From Ignavibacteria bacterium (GTDB taxonomy: Bacteria > Bacteroidota > Ignavibacteria > Tepidaquicellales > OLB5): a stretch of DNA of 64,000 bases. Positions 19,701 to 28,629 of the stretch are shown piece by piece (positions within the stretch are counted from its first letter, which is position 1; every line of letters starts with the position of its first letter). The notes beneath the pieces are model-generated. The model saw only the letters and a program-made list of their open reading frames with translations. It had not been told where the DNA came from and searched no databases. Both the position numbers and the translations under genes were made by a program. The stretch lies in assembly GCA_017303675.1 (NCBI GenBank), contig JAFLBX010000001.1, forward strand, positions 133,970 to 197,969, read 5' to 3'.

Positions 19701-20180
19701 GGAAACCAGGGCAAGCTTTCACAGGAACAAATGGCTCAGATGCAGAAGCTGGCACTGGAACAGCAGCAGATAAAAGACGGGGTAAACCAGCTTAATGAGG
19801 AATTTAAAAAACAGCAGGAATCAGAAGGCAAAAAAATGCTTGGTAACTTGGACCAGGTGCAGAAAGATATGCAGGAAATCATAAAAGACCTGCAGGAAAA
19901 TAATATTACTCCTGAAACCAAAAAACGCCAGGAGAAGATCCTTTCAAGGATGCTCGACTTCCAGCTTTCAACCCGTGAAAAGGATTTTGAGCAGAAGCGT
20001 GAATCCAGGCCGGGTAAAAATTTCGAAAGAAGCTCACCGCCGGAAATAGTGATCTCAAAACCAAATATCATAAACGGCATAAACCAGGATGCTCTTGAGC
20101 TTCAAAAGGAAAATTATACCGAAGATTATGAGATCCTGATCCAGAAATACCTGGAAAAAATTAAATCAGCACACAGGTAA
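16728..20180 (+). CDS. large membrane protein with long coiled-coil tract (DUF4175-like)
   Basis: 1150 aa. N-terminal TM helices are followed by a beta-rich ectodomain. From about residue 525 there is an uninterrupted K/E/Q/M/N-rich helical low-complexity region. The family name is from memory. Confidence 0.6.
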   Translation: MSSLELTYRSFLSRITEVGKKDIFFAAIRHAIMMMLAFTLLALVLISLEAVFELSVTLRKIFFFGFISAFAATAVTIITGAFSAISKLHKPETVTRYARRIGGSYPQIKDNLINAIQLYSYTVKSDHIFSNSLAAETISQVNEKAKPLDFKRSVSFKKNNSLLIFFVSAFSVFTLLMFAFPNTFLAAANRIVNYNFTFVDNTLGIAFEVKPGNVELSKGESLEVSALIKFHDPNYTTDEVTFHTKEVTPDGIEISENDEKIKAAATNEFKASIKNINSQTIYWFEYRGVKSSPYTVTITNRPVIKSVKITVYPPAYTKLPSRVIESGEITTIAGSTIYIELESGDDLSRSMIQFAGASAPVNMEVTGKTARGSFVAVSNGTFSVNAVKDFNGKELTATNPKDFTLRVFPDQFPGISIIEPDNNDLNVQGKRELLVRSRVTDDFGFTKMRIGYKTVSSKFGPADKDYRYSDIPVKNTDATGLEVPYVWNLSTLNLGSEDVVEYFVEVYDNDGFSGPKLTRSEVKRLIYPSIESLLKKTEKTKDEVENSLKTAMEEAMELKKDLDELKDKMEKNPEEMGLNDPKKNQEMQQKLENIQNNLNSTQQKLEELMKDLQQNSQLSKETLDKYMELQKMFQQIDSKELRDALKKLQEAMKNMSKDQLKEAMKNFKFDEENFKKSLEKTMELLNKIMNEQKMGELTQKLDDISKKQDALKEETKNTDKNDKNALNDQSKKQDDIKNSMQDYQKQMKELSENFKKNGDQQMSKEMQKMLEEIMKKMLEQKMQNSKQNLEQGNKQQSEQQQQQISEDLKDLNQQMQDMLQNMMDKENSKMMQKMQEFLDRLKELSKKQQELMDESENFDKNTDPKDFQENKMQQDKLQNELSNLTEEMMSMAQQMGMSPMMSKNLGDAFNEMQKASDQLSKKDGKSANKSQGNAKESLDKAAERMQQMCQNGKPGNGKKPGMGLQQLLEQLQQMIAKQQQLNNQMQGMSPNGNQGKLSQEQMAQMQKLALEQQQIKDGVNQLNEEFKKQQESEGKKMLGNLDQVQKDMQEIIKDLQENNITPETKKRQEKILSRMLDFQLSTREKDFEQKRESRPGKNFERSSPPEIVISKPNIINGINQDALELQKENYTEDYEILIQKYLEKIKSAHR

Positions 20181-20377
20181 CCAAACTGACTTAATTTATA
20201 AGCTTAAGTCTTAATTTCCTTTACAGGAATTTAACAAAAACAGTAATTTAATGCATTTTTGAGCATTTTTATAATAATACCTTAACAATTTTCTCACGGT
20301 TAATTAATCCTAAAATCCTTATATTTGTATCAGAAATCAATAAACATATATCTTATTAACAAAAAGGAGATGAATTT

Positions 20378-21415
20378 ATGAGAAGAATACTACTTCTTAT
20401 AGTAGCTTTTATGTCATTCGTTATAGTTGAAAAGGCATCAGCCCAGATATTAATGACGGAAAATTTTGATTACCCTGCAGGTGATTCACTCGGCGCACAC
20501 GGCTGGGTTTCATTCAGCGGTGGTAATACAAATGTATTGAATGTTGCAACCCCGGGTTTAACTTATTCAGGTTATCCGCTATCAGGCATTGGTAATTCAG
20601 CCAGGGTGGTTCGTACAGGCCAGGATGCTTACAAGCAGTTTTCAGGCACAGGTGATTCAACCGGAAATGTATATGTATCATTTATGCTGAGAGTTGACTC
20701 ATCAGCAGCAACCGGTGATTATTTCTTTGGATTATTACCGGATAACTCAACAAGCAACTATACCGGCAGATTTTATGTAAAAGATACAACTGGCGGATTC
20801 AGATTAGGTATTGCTAAAGCTACCAACCCTATTGTTTATGCCAACCCGGTTTATAATTTCGGTACTACTTATCTTGTGGTTATAAAATATACATTTGTAG
20901 ACGGAGCAAGCAATGATGAAGTTAGCTTATTCGTTTTCTCAGGTGCTGTACCGGGAACCGAGCCTTCACCACTGGTTGGACCGGTTACCCAGGCTATTGG
21001 CGATGCTCCGAATATCAGAAGAGTGGCTTTAAGACAGGGAACAGCTTCAAACGCCCCTGTATTATTAATTGATGGTATCCGTGTTTTCAAAACATGGGGC
21101 AACCTTGTATCTGTTTCAAACATAAGCACAGTTGCAGAAAACTTCTCGCTTTCACAGAACTATCCTAATCCGTTCAATCCTTCAACAAAGATAAACTTCT
21201 CAATTCCTGAAAGAAGCTTTGTTACAATGAAGGTTTATGATATGCTGGGCAAAGAGGTTATGACACTTGTTAATTCCAATTATTCAGCCGGCACTTATGC
21301 AGTAGATATGAATGCAGCGGCATTAAGCACTGGTATTTATATGTACAGCATCGAGGCAAGAACAGAAAGCGGAAATATCTTAAAAGATACCAAAAAACTT
21401 ACACTGGTAAAATAA
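20378..21415 (+). CDS. T9SS-sorted secreted protein, N-terminal domain unknown
   Basis: GGAG Shine-Dalgarno sequence and a signal peptide. C-terminal NYPNPFNPSTKINFSIP...GIYMYSI...KKLTLVK is a type-A T9SS CTD. Confidence 0.8.
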   Translation: MRRILLLIVAFMSFVIVEKASAQILMTENFDYPAGDSLGAHGWVSFSGGNTNVLNVATPGLTYSGYPLSGIGNSARVVRTGQDAYKQFSGTGDSTGNVYVSFMLRVDSSAATGDYFFGLLPDNSTSNYTGRFYVKDTTGGFRLGIAKATNPIVYANPVYNFGTTYLVVIKYTFVDGASNDEVSLFVFSGAVPGTEPSPLVGPVTQAIGDAPNIRRVALRQGTASNAPVLLIDGIRVFKTWGNLVSVSNISTVAENFSLSQNYPNPFNPSTKINFSIPERSFVTMKVYDMLGKEVMTLVNSNYSAGTYAVDMNAAALSTGIYMYSIEARTESGNILKDTKKLTLVK

Positions 21416-21440
21416 TTTTTCAATTATCGAATATTTAATA

Positions 21441-21461
21441 GGGGCTTATAGCCCCTTTTTT
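21441..21461 (+). terminator. intrinsic terminator
   Basis: GGGGC-TTATA-GCCCC followed by T6. Confidence 0.6.
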
Positions 21462-21563
21462 ATTTCCTGATTTATCCCCTGCATTTACTATTAAATTGTT
21501 TTTACATTAAAAATATATTAAAATGGTATTATTAATTCAGCATTTAAATATATTAATATAATT

Positions 21564-23219
21564 ATGAACAAAATAATATTACTGTTTATAATTTCATCCA
21601 TCTGTATCCCGTTTAACATCTTATCACAGCAGCTAAGCCCTGAGCTTCCGCAAATAAAAAGCGAAAGCATATATTCTACAGGCACTGTTCAAAACCGCGT
21701 TGCATATGTTAATGCACCGCCCGGGGTCCAAAACACCACACTTCAAAATCCTGCACTAAATCCTATTAACGCATCTTCCATTCGCTGGATCACAAGTGAT
21801 CCTATCGCAATTGGTGACAGGTGTGCAACCAGCAGGAACGGGCTTTACCAGGTTACCGGGTGGGGGCTAAATACTGAAAGGGTATCGCTGTATAATAATT
21901 TATCCGCGGTTCCTTTGTGGGAATATCCCTCAAACCCGAATACATTTATCAATTATGTCGCTATATCTGATACCGGCGGTTACATTGCCAACGGCAGCTA
22001 TCACAATATATATATTTTTAACCGCGCAAGCAGCACACCCATTTTCAATTTTAACCTGGAAACACAATTACCGGATACAGGAATTGCAGGGCCGGTTGAA
22101 ATTACTTCGAACGGTGATTTTATAATAGCCACCGCTTCACGAAGCGATTCAAGCTGGATCTTCGGTTTCAACAGGAATTCAACCAATTGGGTATGGAGAT
22201 ACCGTGTTGGACAGACAAATAATACAGGCGGCGCAACTATACAGGGTGTTAAAATGTCCGGCAATGATTCACTTGTAATTGTAAATACATACCTTGGATT
22301 TTACGTGTTCAGAACATATACAGGACAGCTTGTTTATTCAGGTTCTGTGAATCCTTCATCAACAAGCGGAACGCAATTCCCCCAGGGAATCAGCGGTAAC
22401 GGTAATTATATCGCAACAATTAATTACAGCGGTATTATGAGAGTTTACCAGTGGAACGGGACAACCTATAATTTTGTGTGGCAGGTTGCTGAAAGCGGTT
22501 CATGGATCACAGCAGTTGATATAAGTTATGACGGCACAAAAATTGCATATGGCACTCTTGTGTTTGTAAGTGGCGGCGGATTTGACGGAAGAATTAAATA
22601 TTTTAACTCTTCCAACTCTACTCCTGTATGGACCTATCCAAATACAGGCGACCAGGTAACCAGTGTTTCCTTTTCAAGGAACGGAAAAGTTCTGGCTGTA
22701 TCAACATATGCAGATCTTGGAAATAATAACTACGATCTTCTTGTATTTAAAACCAGCGTTCCGGCAGCTGCGCCTATATTCGGTGTATCTTCAGCGGGTT
22801 CTTTTTTCTGGTGCAATACTTCAAATGACGGCAGTACAGTTATAGCAAGCGGAAAAGCTGTTCATGCGCGTACTTTTGGTAACGGCGGTGAAGCTTATAA
22901 CATATTTATTGATACCAATGATACACCCCTAGGCCTTGGGAATAACAATCTTCCGGCAACTTTCAGCCTGGAACAAAATTACCCAAACCCCTTCAACCCG
23001 GTTACTACAATTAATTATTCACTGCCTACCGGTGAATTTGTAAATATTACCATGTATGACCAGTTGGGCAGAGCTGTAAAAACTATAGTAAATGAAAACC
23101 GTCCCGCCGGCAGTTATTCTGTTCAGGTTGATGCCTCAGAGCTTCCCAGCGGTGTTTACTTTTACCGTATTCATGCAGGGATATTTTCTTCAGTCCGGAA
23201 ACTGGTTCTGATCAAATAA
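21564..23219 (+). CDS. T9SS-sorted WD40-like beta-propeller protein
   Basis: Signal peptide. Repeated blades of the type ISDTGGYIA, ITSNGDFI, ISGNGNYIA, ISYDGTKIA, FSRNGKVLA and SNDGSTVIA. Ends in an NYPNPFNP...GVYFYRI...LVLIK CTD. Confidence 0.8.
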   Translation: MNKIILLFIISSICIPFNILSQQLSPELPQIKSESIYSTGTVQNRVAYVNAPPGVQNTTLQNPALNPINASSIRWITSDPIAIGDRCATSRNGLYQVTGWGLNTERVSLYNNLSAVPLWEYPSNPNTFINYVAISDTGGYIANGSYHNIYIFNRASSTPIFNFNLETQLPDTGIAGPVEITSNGDFIIATASRSDSSWIFGFNRNSTNWVWRYRVGQTNNTGGATIQGVKMSGNDSLVIVNTYLGFYVFRTYTGQLVYSGSVNPSSTSGTQFPQGISGNGNYIATINYSGIMRVYQWNGTTYNFVWQVAESGSWITAVDISYDGTKIAYGTLVFVSGGGFDGRIKYFNSSNSTPVWTYPNTGDQVTSVSFSRNGKVLAVSTYADLGNNNYDLLVFKTSVPAAAPIFGVSSAGSFFWCNTSNDGSTVIASGKAVHARTFGNGGEAYNIFIDTNDTPLGLGNNNLPATFSLEQNYPNPFNPVTTINYSLPTGEFVNITMYDQLGRAVKTIVNENRPAGSYSVQVDASELPSGVYFYRIHAGIFSSVRKLVLIK

Positions 23220-23244
23220 GAAGGAAATTTTGCACAAAAAAAAA

Positions 23245-23266
23245 GCGAAGTGGATTTTCACTTCGC
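23245..23266. terminator. bidirectional intrinsic terminator
   Basis: GCGAAGTG-GATTTT-CACTTCGC, flanked by A9 upstream and T6 downstream, between convergent genes. Confidence 0.65.
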
Positions 23267-23285
23267 TTTTTTAATTTAAAACCGG

Positions 23286-23621
23286 TTATTTACCCTGCTT
23301 TAAATTTCGCTTTCTTAAAATAAAATTCAGAATATAGATATCAAAACATAAAAAAGTAATTACTCCCATTGCAATTACCATTGGATTTGCACGCCTGATG
23401 CCGATAATGATAAATGTAACTGCTGCAATAAGTGTTAATCCAACAGCAATATGAGCTGCAATATGATTATCTTTTTTTGTGGGGAACGAAAGCCCGAAAA
23501 GCACTAAACCTATAGCGGGAGCTATCAAAGCAGTAGGGCTTCCGGATGTAAAATAGCCATATATCCCTAATGCTATCAATATTACAGCATTGATCATCAT
23601 AATAATGTGATTTTGTATCAT
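23286..23621 (-). CDS. small 4-TM membrane protein (TMEM14-like?)
   Basis: 111 aa with four hydrophobic helices. GIYGYFTSGS resembles the TMEM14 glycine motif. The family call is weak. Confidence 0.45.
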   Translation of the reverse strand: MIQNHIIMMINAVILIALGIYGYFTSGSPTALIAPAIGLVLFGLSFPTKKDNHIAAHIAVGLTLIAAVTFIIIGIRRANPMVIAMGVITFLCFDIYILNFILRKRNLKQGK

Positions 23622-23788
23622 ATTTTATTCCTCTCCTTTAGTTTATTACCATAACAATATAGTTATTATCTTTTATAATGCAAATTAACTGTAAAAGATT
23701 TCTCATTTAAATTGAATAACAGGCATAAAATCGCTATTTTTGAGCTTCTACACACAATTTTTTAAGGATATTTGTAATATAATCATAA

Positions 23789-25777
23789 ATGGCAAAAAGT
23801 ACTAAAAAACAGGATAAACAACAAAAAAATTCTATTAAAATACCGGATGTTACTTTTAATCTGAATCTGAATAACATAACAGTTATCATTATAATGGCTG
23901 TTCTGTTAATTCTCTCAATAGCTCTGCCATATTATTATGTCAATTATGCTTATTCAATAAATCAATATAACAGCTTCCCGCTGGATGATCCCTGGATACA
24001 TCTTCAGTTTGCCAAAAACATTGCCGAGTATGGCAGCTTTTCGTATTATAAGAACGAAGTAGTAACAGCGGGCTCTACTTCTCCGCTTTATACCCTGCTT
24101 CTTGCTGCCGGATTTATAGTTACAAAAAACGAAATGTGGCTTAGTTATATAACCGGAATAATATTTTTTGCTCTTTCTGTTTATTTTTTTTACAGGTTAT
24201 CATCTGTTACATTTCCAAAAGAGAACTGGCTGGCAATTGCTGCGGCATTGCTGCTAGTATTTGATAAATGGCTGAACCTTATAACTGTAACCGGCATGGA
24301 AACAACTATGTATATTTTCCTTCTGGTTGCCTGTTACTACTATTACCGTAAAATGAATGCAGTTGGTTTTGCGGTAACCCTTGGGCTAACTTTCTGGACA
24401 AGGCCTGATGCGCTTGCCTTTATTGCAGCTATTGTCATTGATTATTTCTTCAGGGTTTACCTGAAAAGCAGATCGCCCAAAGAGAACACTGATGTAAATT
24501 TATTTGAGAAAAAAGATCTTTATAAAATTGCAGGAATATTCGGATTTATTATGGCTGCTTATTTCATAATGAACTTCTTAATTTCAGGGTCACTGCTTCC
24601 TAATACCTACGGTGCAAAGATAGCATATTATTCAGCGGAGTTCCGCAGCCGTGCTGAATTTCTCAAAGTTGAAGTATGGGATTACTTCACCGAATCAGCT
24701 TATATTTTGATCTTTATTCCTTTCGTGTTTGGTGTGGTCAAACTCTTCAGCGATAGTTTCAGGTTAAGGTATAATCCCCTGATCCCTGCTTTGCTGTTTA
24801 TTGCATTCCTGATATTTATGTACTGGTATAAATTACCTTATGCACACCGTTTCGGCAGGTATTTGATGCCGATTTTCCCGTTCTATATACTGCTTGCTGT
24901 GTACGGCGGCAGAGAATTTTTTAAATGGCTGGCAAATTATATTGGAGATACCAAGCTTGTTAATGGACTTAATATTATTCTGCTTGCGGGCACTATAATA
25001 TATTTCGCAGCAGGATATAATGAAATTAAAAAAGTTTACCAGGAGCAATCCAGGCATATATATATAAGGCAGGTTACTGCTGCCAAATGGCTGAAAGAAA
25101 ATACGCCTGAAGGCTCGGTTATTGCAACTCATGATGTTGGCGCAGTTGCATATTATTCCGAAAGGAAAGTAATTGATGTTGTAGGCTTGATCAATCCTGA
25201 GTTCATTTCCAAACTGAACAAAAAAGAGTTTGTAGGGTTTGTGCTTGAACAAATGAAAGCTCAAAATGTATCATATATGGCATTTTTAAAAGAATGGTTC
25301 CAGGTGGTAAACCAGGAAGCATTGTTTGAAGGCGGTGAACAGAATTTTGAAATTATGCAGATATATAAATTCACACCTGATAAAACCCACATTCTTTCAA
25401 CTGAAGTGAACAGCGGTATGCAGTATGCTATGAACCTGATCAATGCCCGGCAATACCAGCAGGCGCTTACTGTGCTTAAGCAGATAGCAGCCATGGACCC
25501 GAACAGCTCACTGACATTTATTCGTTTGGCATATGTATATTCAGCGCTTAATGACCCTGCTTCTGCAGAGCGAAGCCTATTAAAAGCGATAGAGATCTAT
25601 CCGGGTTACAGAGATGCTATCCTTTCGCTTGCAAATCTTTATAAGGCACAAAATAAGATCCCGGAAGCGAAAAATATTATCGGTAAGTATTTAGAATCAA
25701 ATCCGGGAGATACCACTGCCCTGAAAATTAATTCAGGCCTTGGAGAAGTAAAACAGGATTCTGTTAAACTAAAATAA
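23789..25777 (+). CDS. GT-C fold (ArnT/PMT-like) membrane glycosyltransferase with C-terminal TPR repeats
   Basis: 662 aa with more than 10 TM helices. An acidic LDDPWIH motif sits in the first predicted external loop. The C-terminal ~120 aa form TPR repeats (ALTVLKQIAAMDPN..., AIEIYPGYRDA..., KYLESNPGD). Confidence 0.55.
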   Translation: MAKSTKKQDKQQKNSIKIPDVTFNLNLNNITVIIIMAVLLILSIALPYYYVNYAYSINQYNSFPLDDPWIHLQFAKNIAEYGSFSYYKNEVVTAGSTSPLYTLLLAAGFIVTKNEMWLSYITGIIFFALSVYFFYRLSSVTFPKENWLAIAAALLLVFDKWLNLITVTGMETTMYIFLLVACYYYYRKMNAVGFAVTLGLTFWTRPDALAFIAAIVIDYFFRVYLKSRSPKENTDVNLFEKKDLYKIAGIFGFIMAAYFIMNFLISGSLLPNTYGAKIAYYSAEFRSRAEFLKVEVWDYFTESAYILIFIPFVFGVVKLFSDSFRLRYNPLIPALLFIAFLIFMYWYKLPYAHRFGRYLMPIFPFYILLAVYGGREFFKWLANYIGDTKLVNGLNIILLAGTIIYFAAGYNEIKKVYQEQSRHIYIRQVTAAKWLKENTPEGSVIATHDVGAVAYYSERKVIDVVGLINPEFISKLNKKEFVGFVLEQMKAQNVSYMAFLKEWFQVVNQEALFEGGEQNFEIMQIYKFTPDKTHILSTEVNSGMQYAMNLINARQYQQALTVLKQIAAMDPNSSLTFIRLAYVYSALNDPASAERSLLKAIEIYPGYRDAILSLANLYKAQNKIPEAKNIIGKYLESNPGDTTALKINSGLGEVKQDSVKLK

Positions 25778-25787
25778 TATACGGCGG

Positions 25788-26831
25788 ATGCCCCAAAAAA
25801 TTGTATTTCCGGCAGTGTTCATATTTTCATTTGCGGTGTTTTTTGCACTGCAGCTTGGATTTTTGAACCGGACATATAATAATTCAGCCGGTGATGTTGT
25901 TATTAAGATAACTAAAGGTGATAACCTGAAAAGTGTCGCCGTTAAGCTTGAAGAAAGCCAGGCAATTTATAACAAGTATGTATTCATTGCATTAGGCCGA
26001 TTTTTTGGCTACCAGGATAAACTTATACCGGGAGAATACAAGCTCCCTAACGGCTTAACATATCTGAATGTTCTGAACACTATAACAGACCCTGCAGTAA
26101 TAAGGACAGTGACTGTAACGATACCGGAAGGACTTAACATACGGCAAATGGGAAGGCTTTTGCAGAGGCAGATAGGAGTTGATTCAGCCAGATTTGTTGA
26201 AGAAGCAAAAAATGACAGCCTGATTAAGATCCTTGGTATTGAAGCAAAAGATCTTGAGGGCTATTTATTCCCGGATACATACCAGTTCAGGTTCAATTCT
26301 CTAAACCGTGAAAAAGAAATTGTATCTCTTATGGCTGCTACTTTCAGAAAGCGGGTTACACCTGAAATGCGCGAGCTAATGAAGAGCAAAAATTTATCCT
26401 TAAATGAGCTCATTACTATGGCTTCTATAATTGAAGGTGAAACAAGGTTTGAGCCCGAGAAAAAAACAATTTCAGGGGTTTATTATAACCGCATAAAAAA
26501 GGGTATGAAGCTGCAGGCTGATCCTACTGTTCAGTATATTCTGCCGGGCGGACCCAAAAACAGGCTTTTATATAGCGATCTGAAAATAGAATCACCATAC
26601 AATACCTATCTTAATAAAGGTTTGCCCCCCGGACCAATTAACAATCCCGGTTTAAGCTCAATACTAGCAGCTCTTGAGCCTGAAGAAAATAAATACCTGT
26701 ACTTTGTTGCAAAAGGCGATGGTTCACACCGTTTTGCTGAAAGTTATGATGAACATAAAAAGAATATTCAGCTCTACCAGCAGATGTTAAAGGAGCTCGA
26801 AGAAAAAAAGCAGAAAGAACAGCAAAAGTAA
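25788..26831 (+). CDS. mltG: endolytic murein transglycosylase MltG (YceG family)
   Basis: N-terminal TM, IPEG, EGYLFPDTY, ASIIEGE, YNTY and GLPPGPINNPG motifs. Confidence 0.9.
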   Translation: MPQKIVFPAVFIFSFAVFFALQLGFLNRTYNNSAGDVVIKITKGDNLKSVAVKLEESQAIYNKYVFIALGRFFGYQDKLIPGEYKLPNGLTYLNVLNTITDPAVIRTVTVTIPEGLNIRQMGRLLQRQIGVDSARFVEEAKNDSLIKILGIEAKDLEGYLFPDTYQFRFNSLNREKEIVSLMAATFRKRVTPEMRELMKSKNLSLNELITMASIIEGETRFEPEKKTISGVYYNRIKKGMKLQADPTVQYILPGGPKNRLLYSDLKIESPYNTYLNKGLPPGPINNPGLSSILAALEPEENKYLYFVAKGDGSHRFAESYDEHKKNIQLYQQMLKELEEKKQKEQQK

Positions 26832-26839
26832 ATATATAG

Positions 26840-28438
26840 TTGATCAATAAAGTAAAAATACTGGGTTCATTGCTGCTTAAGCTTGAAACAAGGAGTAAAA
26901 CAGGTTCCGGCAGAAAAATGCTGTATCTTAATATTTCTTACTTTATCCCCGGGGTATTTTTACCGTGGCTGCTTCTCAAACAAAACGCTGATCCAACAGG
27001 TTTCCAGTTTTCTTTTATAACATTTCTGTTTTATTCCCTCATTATTGCTTTTACAATAATTACAGAGCTTGATAATCTTATAACAAGTAAAACTGAAACG
27101 GAAGTACTTGCAGCTATGCCGATTGATAACAGGCTTTTGGTTAATGCAAAAATGTATATGGTAACCAGGTACCTGCTGCTGTTGTCGCTTCCGCTGCTTG
27201 TACCCGGAAGTATATATTATTTTGCTATAATGCGTTCCTTTCCAAGAGCGCTGCTTTTCTACCTTTCAGCATTTATGCTGTGTTTTTTTATTACAAATAT
27301 CCTTATCCTTTTGTACAGCGCAGCAATCAGAACCTTCAGGTCAAAAAGTGTTGGTTCATACACAATGGTTTTCCAGGTTATCATGATACTTGTGCTGATA
27401 ATGGCTTACCAGTTTATATCATTCGGCATTACTGGCAAACCGGGCAGCAGCGTAAACGGCTATATTTCTGCGCTTGTTTCAAAAGGATATATAGATTACT
27501 TCCCGCCGGCATGGTTTGCCTTTTTAACTACAAGGAACCAGTACTTACTTGAACCTGCTTTGATTATAAAGCTGATCTCACCACTGCTTATCACTTCTTT
27601 AAGCTATTACAGCTTAAAGCTGTACCTGCTTGAAAATTATCCCCACATCCGTGATAAGTTCATGAATTCAAGATCGATAGGTGAAAGTGTAAAAACCAAA
27701 CAAAGGTTTTTTATTTTTTCTATGATAAGCGACCTTATCCAGAATGTTTATTTAAGAAATAATACTGAACGCTCTTCTTATGGCCTTATACAGGCATTAT
27801 TCAGTAAAGATAAAACCGTACGCCTTGCTGTAATGCCTATGATAATAATACCTTTAGGACTTGCAATCTTTGCCCTGATCACAGACCAGCTTCCGGCACC
27901 TTTTGATAAGAATTATTTTGAGCTTAAGCCTGTATTTCATATTTCGCTGCTGTTAAGCGTACTGGTGGTTCTAAATACAGCTATTATCGGGGTAAAGATA
28001 ACGAATTATCCCGGGGTATCATGGATTTATGATTCATACCCGCTTGTTTCAAAAAAGAATTTTAAAAACGGGTTCAGAAAGTTTTTTGTGGTTTACCTGT
28101 TAATTCCGACCTGCATAGGTCTTGGAATCATTTTCCTGTTTAAAATACCACTTCACCAGGCATTGTTGCATACTGTTTTTATTTTTGCTGCTGCGAATCT
28201 GTATAATACATTGTATAATCTCTTCAGCAAAGTATTACCGTTCACAAAAGAAAACACACTCATAAATTCCCTGCAAAGAATGACTGCGATAATATATCCT
28301 TTCATATACGGCTCAGTTATTGTATTGCTTCAGCTTTTTGTGTATAAAAATATGTTATCAGCCGTAATTGCTGTTCTGGCATTTATTACAATTACTTTCT
28401 GGCTGAATTATTTCGGCTTTGTCCGCAAAAAGGCGTAA
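26840..28438 (+). CDS. polytopic membrane protein of unknown function
   Basis: 532 aa with more than 10 hydrophobic helices. It lies 8 nt after mltG. The start is uncertain: TTG 26840 or ATG 26918. Confidence 0.55.
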   Translation: MINKVKILGSLLLKLETRSKTGSGRKMLYLNISYFIPGVFLPWLLLKQNADPTGFQFSFITFLFYSLIIAFTIITELDNLITSKTETEVLAAMPIDNRLLVNAKMYMVTRYLLLLSLPLLVPGSIYYFAIMRSFPRALLFYLSAFMLCFFITNILILLYSAAIRTFRSKSVGSYTMVFQVIMILVLIMAYQFISFGITGKPGSSVNGYISALVSKGYIDYFPPAWFAFLTTRNQYLLEPALIIKLISPLLITSLSYYSLKLYLLENYPHIRDKFMNSRSIGESVKTKQRFFIFSMISDLIQNVYLRNNTERSSYGLIQALFSKDKTVRLAVMPMIIIPLGLAIFALITDQLPAPFDKNYFELKPVFHISLLLSVLVVLNTAIIGVKITNYPGVSWIYDSYPLVSKKNFKNGFRKFFVVYLLIPTCIGLGIIFLFKIPLHQALLHTVFIFAAANLYNTLYNLFSKVLPFTKENTLINSLQRMTAIIYPFIYGSVIVLLQLFVYKNMLSAVIAVLAFITITFWLNYFGFVRKKA

Positions 28439-28587
28439 ATGTGTCTTTGTTATATTTTTATATTAATGTTGAAAATTGTTGTTTAAACTTCAAAATCAAT
28501 AAAAATAGATATTTTTCAGGTTAAACAGCTGCGCTTATTTCTGCCTCAAAAACCATTAACGTAAATTAATAATTTCTCATTTATTTA

Positions 28588-28616
28588 TTGACAAAACATG
28601 TTTTTTTAGTTATGTT
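28588..28616 (+). promoter_or_regulatory. candidate promoter of the six-gene cargo array
   Basis: TTGACA (28588-28593), a 17-nt spacer, then TATGTT (28611-28616). ATG 28630 lies only about 7 nt beyond the expected TSS and there is no SD. Confidence 0.35.
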
Positions 28617-28629
28617 TTAAAAAAAAGAT

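Noticed and set aside
18290-20000. Low-complexity region considered as a tandem DNA repeat or mis-assembly.
   Set aside because: No exact nucleotide repeat unit is visible and the frame stays open for more than 1.7 kb with consistent heptad-like charged composition. It is treated as genuine coiled-coil coding sequence.
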